A stretch of DNA of 33,268 nt from Jatrophihabitantaceae bacterium (GTDB lineage Bacteria > Actinomycetota > Actinomycetes > Mycobacteriales > Jatrophihabitantaceae). The notes under the pieces are model-generated. The model made no database searches and was not told the DNA's origin. It worked only from the letters and a program-made list of their open reading frames with translations. The translations under genes and the position numbers were made by a program. The stretch is taken from NCBI GenBank assembly GCA_046262575.1, contig JBHEMN010000072.1, positions 1 to 33,268 of the forward strand. The letters are read 5' to 3'. Shown here piece by piece: positions 25,836-33,034 of the stretch; the stretch's first letter is position 1; every line of letters begins with the position of its first letter.

Positions 25836-25992
25836 CGAACTGCCTTCCGCCCTGCGCGGGTGCGCTCCCCCGCTTCTTGTGGCGCACGGTGACAGATTGG
25901 GTGGTCGCGGGAGGTTCCATGAACACTACCGGCGGGTAGACTTAGCGCGGGCTTCACAAGCGTGCGCGCCCCGCCGCCGAAGGGTTCAGTCA

Positions 25993-26805
25993 ATGCCAAG
26001 TGCAGCTCACCCGTATGCGGAGTGCTCCGGCTCCGGGTTCGGGCTGCGCGCCCTGGTTGTGCTGATCAACGAGGCGCTGGCCGCAATGGGTACGCGGCCG
26101 GCATTCGCGCTGCCCCTGACAGGGCCGGGGCTCACTGCGATGGCCACCGGAGTCACCGCCCCGGCCGGGCGGGCCGGCCACAGGCACCCCCGAGCCAGGA
26201 CCGCACGCGTTGCTGCCGGCGCGCCGCAGCCGGCCGAACCTGGCGTTGTCGAGGAGCAGCACGCCGAGACGTGGCAGCTGGTCATCCGCGCTCAGGGCGG
26301 AGACGGCGAGGCATTCGGCCAGCTCTATGACCGCTACGTCGACATCGTCTTCCGGTTCGTCTTCTACCGCGTCAACGATCGTGGCATGGCCGAGGACTTC
26401 ACCAGCGAGACCTTCCTGCGCGCACTGCGGCGGATCAGCACGATCACGTACCAGGGGCGCGACATCGGCGCGTGGTTCATAACGATCGCCCGCAATATCG
26501 TGCTCGACCACCTGAAATCCGCCCGGCACCGCCTCGAGATCACCACGGCCGACACGATCGAGGACCGCACGGCGGCGCCGAGCCCCGAAGCAGAGGTGAT
26601 CGAATCACTGACTTCCGCACGGCTGATGTCCGCGGTCAAGCAGCTCGGCGATGAACAGCGCGACTGCGTGATGCTGCGCTTCATCCAGGGGTTCTCGGTC
26701 AGCGAGACGGCGTTGGTGATGGGCAAGAACGACGGTGCGATAAAGGCGCTGCAACACCGGGCAGTGCGCAAGCTTGCCGAGATGGTCGGCGAGGACCTCC
26801 GATGA
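25993..26805 (+). CDS. ECF (group 4) RNA polymerase sigma factor with a long N-terminal extension (BldN-like)
   Basis: Sigma region 2 (GDGEAFGQLYDRYVDIVFRFVFYRV...AEDFTSETFLRA) and region 4 (QRDCVMLRFIQGFSVSETALVMGKNDGAIKALQHRAVRKL) are present. There is no in-frame ATG, GTG or TTG between 26143 and the start of region 2, so at least ~40 extra N-terminal residues are obligatory. ATG 25993 has the best SD (GAAGGG). ATG 26086 and ATG 26140 are alternatives. Confidence 0.8.
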   Translation: MPSAAHPYAECSGSGFGLRALVVLINEALAAMGTRPAFALPLTGPGLTAMATGVTAPAGRAGHRHPRARTARVAAGAPQPAEPGVVEEQHAETWQLVIRAQGGDGEAFGQLYDRYVDIVFRFVFYRVNDRGMAEDFTSETFLRALRRISTITYQGRDIGAWFITIARNIVLDHLKSARHRLEITTADTIEDRTAAPSPEAEVIESLTSARLMSAVKQLGDEQRDCVMLRFIQGFSVSETALVMGKNDGAIKALQHRAVRKLAEMVGEDLR

Positions 26806-26922
26806 GCGTTCGTTGGGCATCGAGTAACGAAACCGCCGCCAACTCGTTGGTCCGAGTGGGTCACGACGGCGGGGACACCAGGTGTTCCCGGGCCGTGGGC
26901 CGCGTGCTTATCCGGGTAGGGG

Positions 26923-28191
26923 ATGTCTGATATGGCCGAGCACCGCGTATCGATGCTGGGCGCATCGCTACGCCGGTACGAGGATCCGGCACGGTCCGCC
27001 GATCCTCGGATTCGTGCGCTCGTCACCCAACTCGCCACGCTCGATCCGGGACCGCTGCCCCGCGCCCATTTCCGTGCCGAACTGCGGGCCCAGCTCGTAT
27101 CCGTCGCTCCGCGGCTTGTCGCGGAAGGCCCAGCGATCGAGCTACCCCGAGCGTCCGGGACCATCGCAACTCCATTGCGGCCGGCTGCGAGGCCCGGCAC
27201 CAAGGTGCGCGGCGCGGCGGCACGGACCACCCGGATCTCCTTCGCCCGGCCCCTGGCCGTGGTCAGCGCCGTCGTCGTGGTCTTTGCTCTCCTTCTCGGC
27301 GGTGCGGTCCTGCTCAGCAAGCGGGCGCTGCCCGGCGACGCGCTCTATGCCCTGAAGCGGGCGAACGAGAACGTTGCTCTGTCCCTGGCCAACGGCGGCG
27401 TCGAAAAGGGTCGCATGTACCTGAGCCTGGCCGAGACTCGAGCCGATGAGGTCTCGGCCCTGCTCTCGCGCTCCTCGGCGATGGACGCTGCCGGCTCGAG
27501 CGCGGCGGCCGGCGTCAATTCCCGCACCGCGGCGCTCATCGCCACCACGCTCGACTCGGCGGACTCCGATGTCCGCAACGGCGCGCAACTACTTGGCGAC
27601 GAAGCGGTGCGCACCGGCTCCCCCGACCCGCTGTCGATCATTACCGGGTGGGCGCCGGACCAGCTCGCCCGCCTGCGGAGCATTGTTGCCCGCTTGGACG
27701 ACGGCGCGCTGCGTGACCGCGTCGTGGCCTCAGCCCAGCTGACCTCTGCCGCCTTCTCGCGGGCCGAGGCGCTGCGCGCCGTTCTGGGGTGTCGCTGCCC
27801 GAACAAGATGGTCACCGACGGTCTCGGGCCGGTGCCGTGCCCCGGGTGCTCCGCCGTCCGGGATCCGGCCCTACAGTCGAGCGCACCGCCCGCGCCCCGG
27901 CCCGCGCCGCCCGCCACCGCCAGCCGGCCGGCGACCCTCCCGAAAGCGCCTGCCAAAGCCACTAGCGTGACCACCGCTGCGGCGCCGATCGACTCCACGC
28001 CGCCACCGGCGCCGGCGCCGGTTACCGGCACGACGGTGATCAAGCTTCCGAAGCTGTCTGTGCAGCTACCCAGCCTGCCGCTGCCGCTGCCCCTTCCACT
28101 GCCGACCAGCCCGGCGCCCACCACCGCGAGCGCTTCCACCGCGAGCCCGAGCTGCACCCTGAGCATGCTGGGAATTTGCCTCGATCCGTAA
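26923..28191 (+). CDS. Membrane-spanning anti-sigma factor candidate (DUF5667 / RsbN-like) with a Pro/Ala-rich C-terminal tail
   Basis: It lies immediately downstream of the ECF sigma gene. It has a single TM helix (PLAVVSAVVVVFALLLGGAVLL) followed by a helical DUF5667-like region (LPGDALYALKRANENVALSL...LSLAETRADEV). The C-terminal ~110 aa are low-complexity P/A/T/S sequence that includes LPLPLPLPLP. Confidence 0.65.
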   Translation: MSDMAEHRVSMLGASLRRYEDPARSADPRIRALVTQLATLDPGPLPRAHFRAELRAQLVSVAPRLVAEGPAIELPRASGTIATPLRPAARPGTKVRGAAARTTRISFARPLAVVSAVVVVFALLLGGAVLLSKRALPGDALYALKRANENVALSLANGGVEKGRMYLSLAETRADEVSALLSRSSAMDAAGSSAAAGVNSRTAALIATTLDSADSDVRNGAQLLGDEAVRTGSPDPLSIITGWAPDQLARLRSIVARLDDGALRDRVVASAQLTSAAFSRAEALRAVLGCRCPNKMVTDGLGPVPCPGCSAVRDPALQSSAPPAPRPAPPATASRPATLPKAPAKATSVTTAAAPIDSTPPPAPAPVTGTTVIKLPKLSVQLPSLPLPLPLPLPTSPAPTTASASTASPSCTLSMLGICLDP

Positions 28192-28233
28192 GGGTGGACA
28201 CCGCACGACACCTGCCGTCGATACCCTGACCGC

Positions 28234-29070
28234 GTGGCAGAGCCGGCTGTTGACAGCGGTGACCTGACTCGAGGCGCGACGCCTGTGTTGCCGTCTCGCG
28301 CCGCAGGATTCTTCGACGTCGACAACACCATGATGGTCGGCGCCTCGATCTTTCATTTCGCCAAGGGGATGGCCGCTCGCGACTTCTTCTCGTGGCGGGA
28401 TCTCATGGGCTTCAGCTTGCGCCAGGCCCGGTTGCGGGTGCGCGGTGAGCGACATGGCGATATGTACACCGCTCGGGAGTCCGCGCTGGCCTTCGTCCTC
28501 GGCAAGAGAGTGGCTGACATCGTCGCGCTGGGTGAGGAGATCTACGACGAGGAGATGGCCGACAAGATCTGGTCCGGGACCCACGCGCTGGCCAGGCAGC
28601 ACCTCGACGCCGGCGAGCAGGTCTGGCTGGTGACGGCGACCCCCGTCGAGCTGGCCACGATCATCGCCCGCCGACTCGCGCTCACCGGCGCGCTCGGCAC
28701 CGTGTCCGAAGCGCAGGACGGCGTGTACACCGGTCGCCTCGTCGGCAGGGTTCTGCACGGCGAGGCGAAGGCGGACGCAATCCGCGCGCTCGCAGCCCGC
28801 GAGGGCCTGGAGCTGGCCCGGTGCGCCGCGTACTCCGACTCGATCAACGACATCCCGATGCTTTCCCTCGTCGGGCGGGCAGTCGCGGTCAATCCTGACT
28901 CTGCACTGCGGGCCGAGGCCAAGGATCGTGGCTGGGAGATCCGCGACTTCCGCTCCGGGCGCCGGGTAGCGCGGGTCGGCATTCCCGCCGCGCTCGGACT
29001 CAGTGCCGTGGGCGGCGGGTTCGCTGCACGGGTGGCCGTACGGCGTAGGCGAACACCGCCCACGACGTGA
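28234..29070 (+). CDS. HAD-IB family hydrolase (SerB-like phosphoserine phosphatase family)
   Basis: HAD motif I (FFDVDNT), motif II (LVTATP) and motifs III/IV (GEAKA ... [11 protein letters not shown]) are present. The position corresponds to mycobacterial serB1 (Rv0505c). The start is GTG 28234, which is uncertain. Confidence 0.85.
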   Translation: MAEPAVDSGDLTRGATPVLPSRAAGFFDVDNTMMVGASIFHFAKGMAARDFFSWRDLMGFSLRQARLRVRGERHGDMYTARESALAFVLGKRVADIVALGEEIYDEEMADKIWSGTHALARQHLDAGEQVWLVTATPVELATIIARRLALTGALGTVSEAQDGVYTGRLVGRVLHGEAKADAIRALAAREGLELARCAAYSDSINDIPMLSLVGRAVAVNPDSALRAEAKDRGWEIRDFRSGRRVARVGIPAALGLSAVGGGFAARVAVRRRRTPPTT

Positions 29071-29386
29071 GGACGACCACCCCGACGAGCGCCTGTGCCA
29101 GCCCGATGCGATCGGCCGGGAACAGCGTGCCGCGGACATAGGTGTCGATGAAGCTTGCGCCGAGCGGTCGCTGGTCGGCCCGCTCCCGAAGGTTGTTCTG
29201 CAGCGCGGTCAGCGGGCAGGGCACCTTCGTCACGACGATGAGCACCGCCCACACCGCCGCGAGGATGTGCGCGACGATGGACTTCGGCCAGCGCCAAGCG
29301 AGGTATCCGCCGCTTACCAAGTAGCCGAGATAGCAGTAGTGCAGCGCGAGCACGCTCTGTGCCAGCGACCCCCAGGCTGTGTGCAC
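29000..29386 (-). CDS. DUF2784-like membrane protein
   Basis: The 128-aa ORF has 3-4 hydrophobic helices and the [11 protein letters not shown] motif typical of DUF2784. The start is GTG. Its 3' end overlaps the convergent HAD gene by 71 nt. Confidence 0.65.
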   Translation of the reverse strand: MHTAWGSLAQSVLALHYCYLGYLVSGGYLAWRWPKSIVAHILAAVWAVLIVVTKVPCPLTALQNNLRERADQRPLGASFIDTYVRGTLFPADRIGLAQALVGVVVLTSWAVFAYAVRPPVQRTRRPRH

Positions 29387-29471
29387 CGCCTACCGCCGAA
29401 CGGATCGGCTCCGGTCGAGCAGCCGGTGCAGCGTGGATCTGATCGCGGTCTCCAGGCCTGGCGTCAGGGTC

Positions 29472-29570
29472 CTATTTCTTGTTTCGACGCTGAACGCGCG
29501 TCTTCTTCAACAGCTTGCGGTGCTTCTTCTTGGCCATCCGCTTGCGCCGCTTCTTGATGACAGAACCCAT
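29472..29570 (-). CDS. 30S ribosomal protein bS22 (actinobacterial 32-33-aa Lys/Arg-rich protein, Rv0500B type)
   Basis: My manual translation of the minus strand gives [32 protein letters not shown] followed by a stop codon. This is nearly identical to mycobacterial bS22. GAGG lies 6 nt upstream of the ATG. It sits next to the Rv0500A-like HTH gene and proC, as in mycobacteria. It is too short to appear in the ORF track. Confidence 0.9.
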   Translation of the reverse strand: MGSVIKKRRKRMAKKKHRKLLKKTRVQRRNKK

Positions 29571-29740
29571 ACGAACCTCATCGGTACCCGGACGGACCGG
29601 TGCACGTGTCGGTGACTACCTGTGAACACCCAGGCGGGCTCGCCGGGTCGGTGCAACCCTACCCGGCGCCGCCGGGCGCGCGCCGCGCGTAGCTCCAGGC
29701 GCTTCGGCACGCAGCCGAGGGTGCTCCGGGCAGCGGGGCG

Positions 29741-29995
29741 TCAACCAGCCTCAATGAAGGCTGCTCGGAGGTATTCGTGGACGGACTTCTCCGGAACCCG
29801 GAATGAGCGCCCCACTCGCACGGCAGGCAGCTCTGCGCTGTGCACCATCCGGTACACCGTCATCTTGGATACGCGCATGACGCCGGCCACTTCGGCCACC
29901 GTCAAGAACTTGACGTCGGCGAGCGCCGGATCGAGCGGGTGAACCCCAGCCGGATCCGCAGGCTCGCCGGCACCGCGGTTAGTTGACGTGCTCAT
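29741..29995 (-). CDS. Excisionase-family (MerR-like HTH_17) DNA-binding protein, Rv0500A / BldC family
   Basis: FLTVAEVAGVMRVSKMTVYRMVHSAELPAVRVGRSFRVPEKSVHEYL matches the conserved actinobacterial Rv0500A-type protein located between proC and bS22. Confidence 0.9.
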   Translation of the reverse strand: MSTSTNRGAGEPADPAGVHPLDPALADVKFLTVAEVAGVMRVSKMTVYRMVHSAELPAVRVGRSFRVPEKSVHEYLRAAFIEAG

Positions 29996-29999
29996 ACTT

Positions 30000-30026
30000 C
30001 ACCGACACCTTCGGCACGTGTCGGTG
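30000..30026 (-). promoter_or_regulatory. Leader hairpin (9-bp perfect stem) abutting the start codon of the HTH gene
   Basis: The minus-strand RNA reads CACCGACAC-GUGCCGAAG-GUGUCGGUG-AAGU-AUG. The 3' arm covers the position where an SD would be (-5 to -13). A TAGTAT -10-like hexamer lies on the minus strand at 30078-30073. Confidence 0.5.
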
Positions 30027-30161
30027 CGTCGGCTTCCCCACCGGCGAACGGGACACGCACGTGCTGAGGAGGATACTAGCGGTACAGGTGGGGCGGGAGC
30101 GAGAGATGGCCCCCACTGTTCTTGCCATATTGTCTGGTACGTCAGCGTTTGCTGAGATTTG

Positions 30162-30971
30162 TCAGGGTCCATTCCCGGCGCCGAGTTCCCGGCTGCGAAT
30201 ACATGCGGCCTCGATCGCCGCGAGCAGCGCGGCCCGGACCCCATGCACCTCGAGCTCTCGGATGGCCGCAATCGTCGTCCCGCCTGGGCTGGTGACCGCC
30301 TCGCGCAGCTGGACGGGGTGTTCACCCGAATCGCGCAGCATGACCGCGGACCCGATGGCTGTCTGGACGATCAACTCGGCGGCCAGGGCGCGCGGCAGGC
30401 CGAGCAGGATGCCCGCGTCGATCATCGCCTCGACCAGGAAGAAGAAGTAGGCCGGCCCGGATCCGGACAGCGCGGTGACCGCGTCGAGCTGGGACTCGGG
30501 GACCCGCACCACGCGCCCCACCGCGGCCAGCAGCGATTCGGCGGTGGCCAGATGCCCCTCGGTGGCGTGGGCGCCCCCCGAGACGGCCGTCATCGCCTGG
30601 TCAACCAGCGCCGGGGTATTGGGCATGCAGCGCACGACCGGCACGTTGTCGATGAGGTGCCGCTCGATGTGCGCGGTGGTGATGCCGGCCGCGACCGACA
30701 CCACCAGGTGCTGCGTTGCGATCACCGGACGCAGTTCGGCCAGCAGGGCGTCGATGTCCTGCGGTTTGACGGCCAGGACCACGGTGCCTGCCGCACCGAC
30801 CGCACCGGCGACGTCGAGCGTCTGCACACCGTAGGTTTCGCCTAGATAGGCCGCCCGATCGGAGTGCTTCTCTGAGACGACGATGTCTGCCGGCGTGCGC
30901 TCACCGCGCAGTAGGCCCGAAAGCAGTGCCTCGCCGATCTTGCCGCCACCGAGGATCGCCAGTCCGTCCAT
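30162..30971 (-). CDS. proC: Pyrroline-5-carboxylate reductase
   Basis: The N-terminal Rossmann motif is present (LAILGGGKIGEALLSGL), along with VLAVKPQD and the C-terminal P5CR dimerisation motif (VTSPGGTTIAAI). The start is at MDGLAILGGG (ATG 30971), with GAAAGG upstream. The ORF-track start at 31061 is over-extended. Confidence 0.95.
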   Translation of the reverse strand: MDGLAILGGGKIGEALLSGLLRGERTPADIVVSEKHSDRAAYLGETYGVQTLDVAGAVGAAGTVVLAVKPQDIDALLAELRPVIATQHLVVSVAAGITTAHIERHLIDNVPVVRCMPNTPALVDQAMTAVSGGAHATEGHLATAESLLAAVGRVVRVPESQLDAVTALSGSGPAYFFFLVEAMIDAGILLGLPRALAAELIVQTAIGSAVMLRDSGEHPVQLREAVTSPGGTTIAAIRELEVHGVRAALLAAIEAACIRSRELGAGNGP

Positions 30972-30976
30972 CGCAG

Positions 30977-31927
30977 TCAGCCTTTCGAAACGAGGGAGCG
31001 GGCGAAAAACGTCAGGTTGGCCGGCCGCTCGGCCAGTCGGCGCATCAGGTAGCCGTACCACTGCGCACCGTAGGGGATGTAGATGCGCACCGCATGCCCG
31101 GCGGCAGCGAGGCGGCGCTGCTCGTCGGGCCGGATGCCGTAGAGCAACTGGAACTCGAACTCCTCGAGCCGCTTGCCGTGGAACCTGGCGCGCTCGGCGC
31201 CGATCGCGATGAGGAGGGGGTCATGCGTGGCGAACATCGGATAGCCGGCGCCGGCGAGTAGGGCGTTCAGGCAGCGCACGTAGGAACGATTGACCTCCTC
31301 GCGGTTCTGGTACGCCGCGGCGGCCGGCTCCTGGTAGGCGCCCTTGCACAGCCGCACCCGACTACCTGGGGTGGCCAGGTCGTGGCAGTCACCCACCGTC
31401 CGGCGCAGGTAGGCCTGTAGGACAGCCGCGGTATCGGGGAAATCCGCGCGCAAGTCAGCCAGGATCCCGAGCGTGGAGTCGGTGGTGGTGTGGTCCTCCA
31501 TGTCGAGGGTGACGGTGGCGCCGATCCGGTGTGCCTCGGCGCAGATCCGGCGCGCATGCTCGAGCGCGATCTTCTCGCCGTCCTCGCCCAGCGCCTGCCC
31601 GATCGCGCTCAGCTTGACGCTCACCTCGCTACGCGCCGTCAGCGGTCCCAACCGCTCGGTCAGCCCGGCGCGCTCAAGCGCGCCCAGCAGTTCGAGATAG
31701 GCGTCCACGACACGCTGCGCCTGCTCACGGTCGGTGGTGTCCTCGCCCAGGTGGTCGAGGGTGACCGTGAGCCCGTCGGCAACCAGGGCTTCGGCTGCCG
31801 CAACGGCCGAGGCGGTATCGGCACCCCCGACGAAACGGCGCACGACTGTGCGCGAGATCGGCGCGGTCGTGACGAGGCGCTCGACCCGACGGTTGCGCGA
31901 GGCGGCCAGGATCGTCGAGCGGAGCAT
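30977..31927 (-). CDS. Proline dehydrogenase (stand-alone PRODH domain protein)
   Basis: The PRODH beta8-alpha8 barrel signatures are present (VTLDHLGE, VSVKLSAIG, VTLDMEDH, VRLCKGAY, FQLLYGIR, YIPYG..WYGYLMRRLAERPANLTFF). Confidence 0.85.
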   Translation of the reverse strand: MLRSTILAASRNRRVERLVTTAPISRTVVRRFVGGADTASAVAAAEALVADGLTVTLDHLGEDTTDREQAQRVVDAYLELLGALERAGLTERLGPLTARSEVSVKLSAIGQALGEDGEKIALEHARRICAEAHRIGATVTLDMEDHTTTDSTLGILADLRADFPDTAAVLQAYLRRTVGDCHDLATPGSRVRLCKGAYQEPAAAAYQNREEVNRSYVRCLNALLAGAGYPMFATHDPLLIAIGAERARFHGKRLEEFEFQLLYGIRPDEQRRLAAAGHAVRIYIPYGAQWYGYLMRRLAERPANLTFFARSLVSKG

Positions 31928-32104
31928 GGAGCCAGGCTATCCAGCGTGGGCGCTGGAGTCGCGAAGTGGGAAGTGCGCAAACGATTACGCCACTTTCACA
32001 GGTATGAATTCCGGATATGGTGTTGGCCTGGCACGCCGCGCCACAACCTCACGGCAGACGGTGCCTCGCGCGAAGAACGCTTCGCGCTCCTCGCCTGAGG
32101 TGAG

Positions 32105-32992
32105 ATGGACGAACACGGGGCATCCACCCGCCCGCGCGGTGACCGGCCGGCGGTTGCGGGCCACGCAGCCGAGCGCGGTTCGCACTCGGTACTCGCGTTG
32201 ACGCTGCTCAGCGCCGCCGTGGCCGTCACAGCCGCCACCGGACTAGCTCTCAGGCTCGCTCCTACGCCGGCGCAGGTGCCGGAACGGGTGAGTGCGTCGG
32301 CCGACACGCCGTCGCTCATTCAGGCCGCCGAGGAGTGGCTGAGCACGAACCTGCCGTACTCGGGCAAGGTCATCGCAGACGACACCGTTCGCGCCGCCCT
32401 GATCAGGGCAGGCTTCCCACCGGCCGAGGTGCTGCCGCCAGGCAACGTCGCCAGTTGCGCGGCGGCCTCCTTCGTCGTAGTCACCACAGCGCTGCACATG
32501 GCAGCCACCGCCCAGGTAGCGCTAGGTCGGTGCCTGCGCTCCACGCTGCCGGTTGCCGTGTTCGGCGTTGGATCGATGACGGTACGGATCGAGCAGATCG
32601 ACCCCGGGCGGTTCGCGGACGCTGGCGTCCAGCGTCGCATCGACGAGCAGCACCGCAGGCTGGCCGGCGTCGTCCTCGCCCGCAACCCGTCCGTGCGGGG
32701 CTCGGCGGCGGTGCTGACGCGGCTGGAGGCCGGCGATCTCGACCTGCGCGCGGCCGCCGTCATCGCCGCGCTTGCCCGGCACACGCTGGTGCACGTCACA
32801 AACATCACCGGCGACCCGGCGGAGCGAACGGCCGGCTTGGCCGCCCGCACCGTCGACTTGGTCCTCACCAACCCAGCTGCCCTGACGAACCGCGCTGGCT
32901 GGCGTGTCCGCATCGCTTCGGCCCAGCGCGGCGGTACGCACCGGTCCGTGCGTCTTGTCTGGTCGTTCACGTCGACCGCCATTCACCCCTGA
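32105..32992 (+). CDS. Hypothetical membrane-anchored protein (one N-terminal TM helix, Ala/Arg-rich ectodomain)
   Basis: The ORF has GAGGTGAG upstream of its ATG and an N-terminal hydrophobic helix (VLALTLLSAAVAVTAATGLAL). Its position corresponds to the conserved transmembrane protein gene near proC in mycobacteria. I recognise no catalytic motif. Confidence 0.5.
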   Translation: MDEHGASTRPRGDRPAVAGHAAERGSHSVLALTLLSAAVAVTAATGLALRLAPTPAQVPERVSASADTPSLIQAAEEWLSTNLPYSGKVIADDTVRAALIRAGFPPAEVLPPGNVASCAAASFVVVTTALHMAATAQVALGRCLRSTLPVAVFGVGSMTVRIEQIDPGRFADAGVQRRIDEQHRRLAGVVLARNPSVRGSAAVLTRLEAGDLDLRAAAVIAALARHTLVHVTNITGDPAERTAGLAARTVDLVLTNPAALTNRAGWRVRIASAQRGGTHRSVRLVWSFTSTAIHP

Positions 32993-33034
32993 CATGCGCC
33001 GCGACCACAGGGCGGGGCCGATGCACGGTGCGCC

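Noticed and set aside
25951-25960. Rex half-sites: TTCACAA at about 25953 upstream of the sigma gene, TGTGAAC at 29621-29627 upstream of bS22, and TTGTGAA at about 9433 inside ubiD
   Set aside because: None has a matching second half-site at the N4 spacing required for a ROP, and one lies inside a coding region. Single 7-mers are expected by chance.
28075-28104. Tandem CTGCCG-type hexamers, considered as a possible CRISPR or VNTR-like array
   Set aside because: There are only five 6-nt units, they lie inside a coding region, and they encode (LP)5. There are no spacers and no repeat of CRISPR length. I recorded it only as low-complexity coding sequence.
28066-29139. A 357-aa minus-strand ORF antisense to the anti-sigma tail and the HAD hydrolase
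   Set aside because: It is the same kind of GC-frame artefact. The plus-strand HAD motifs ([13 protein letters not shown]) are unambiguous, and the antisense product has no recognisable domain.
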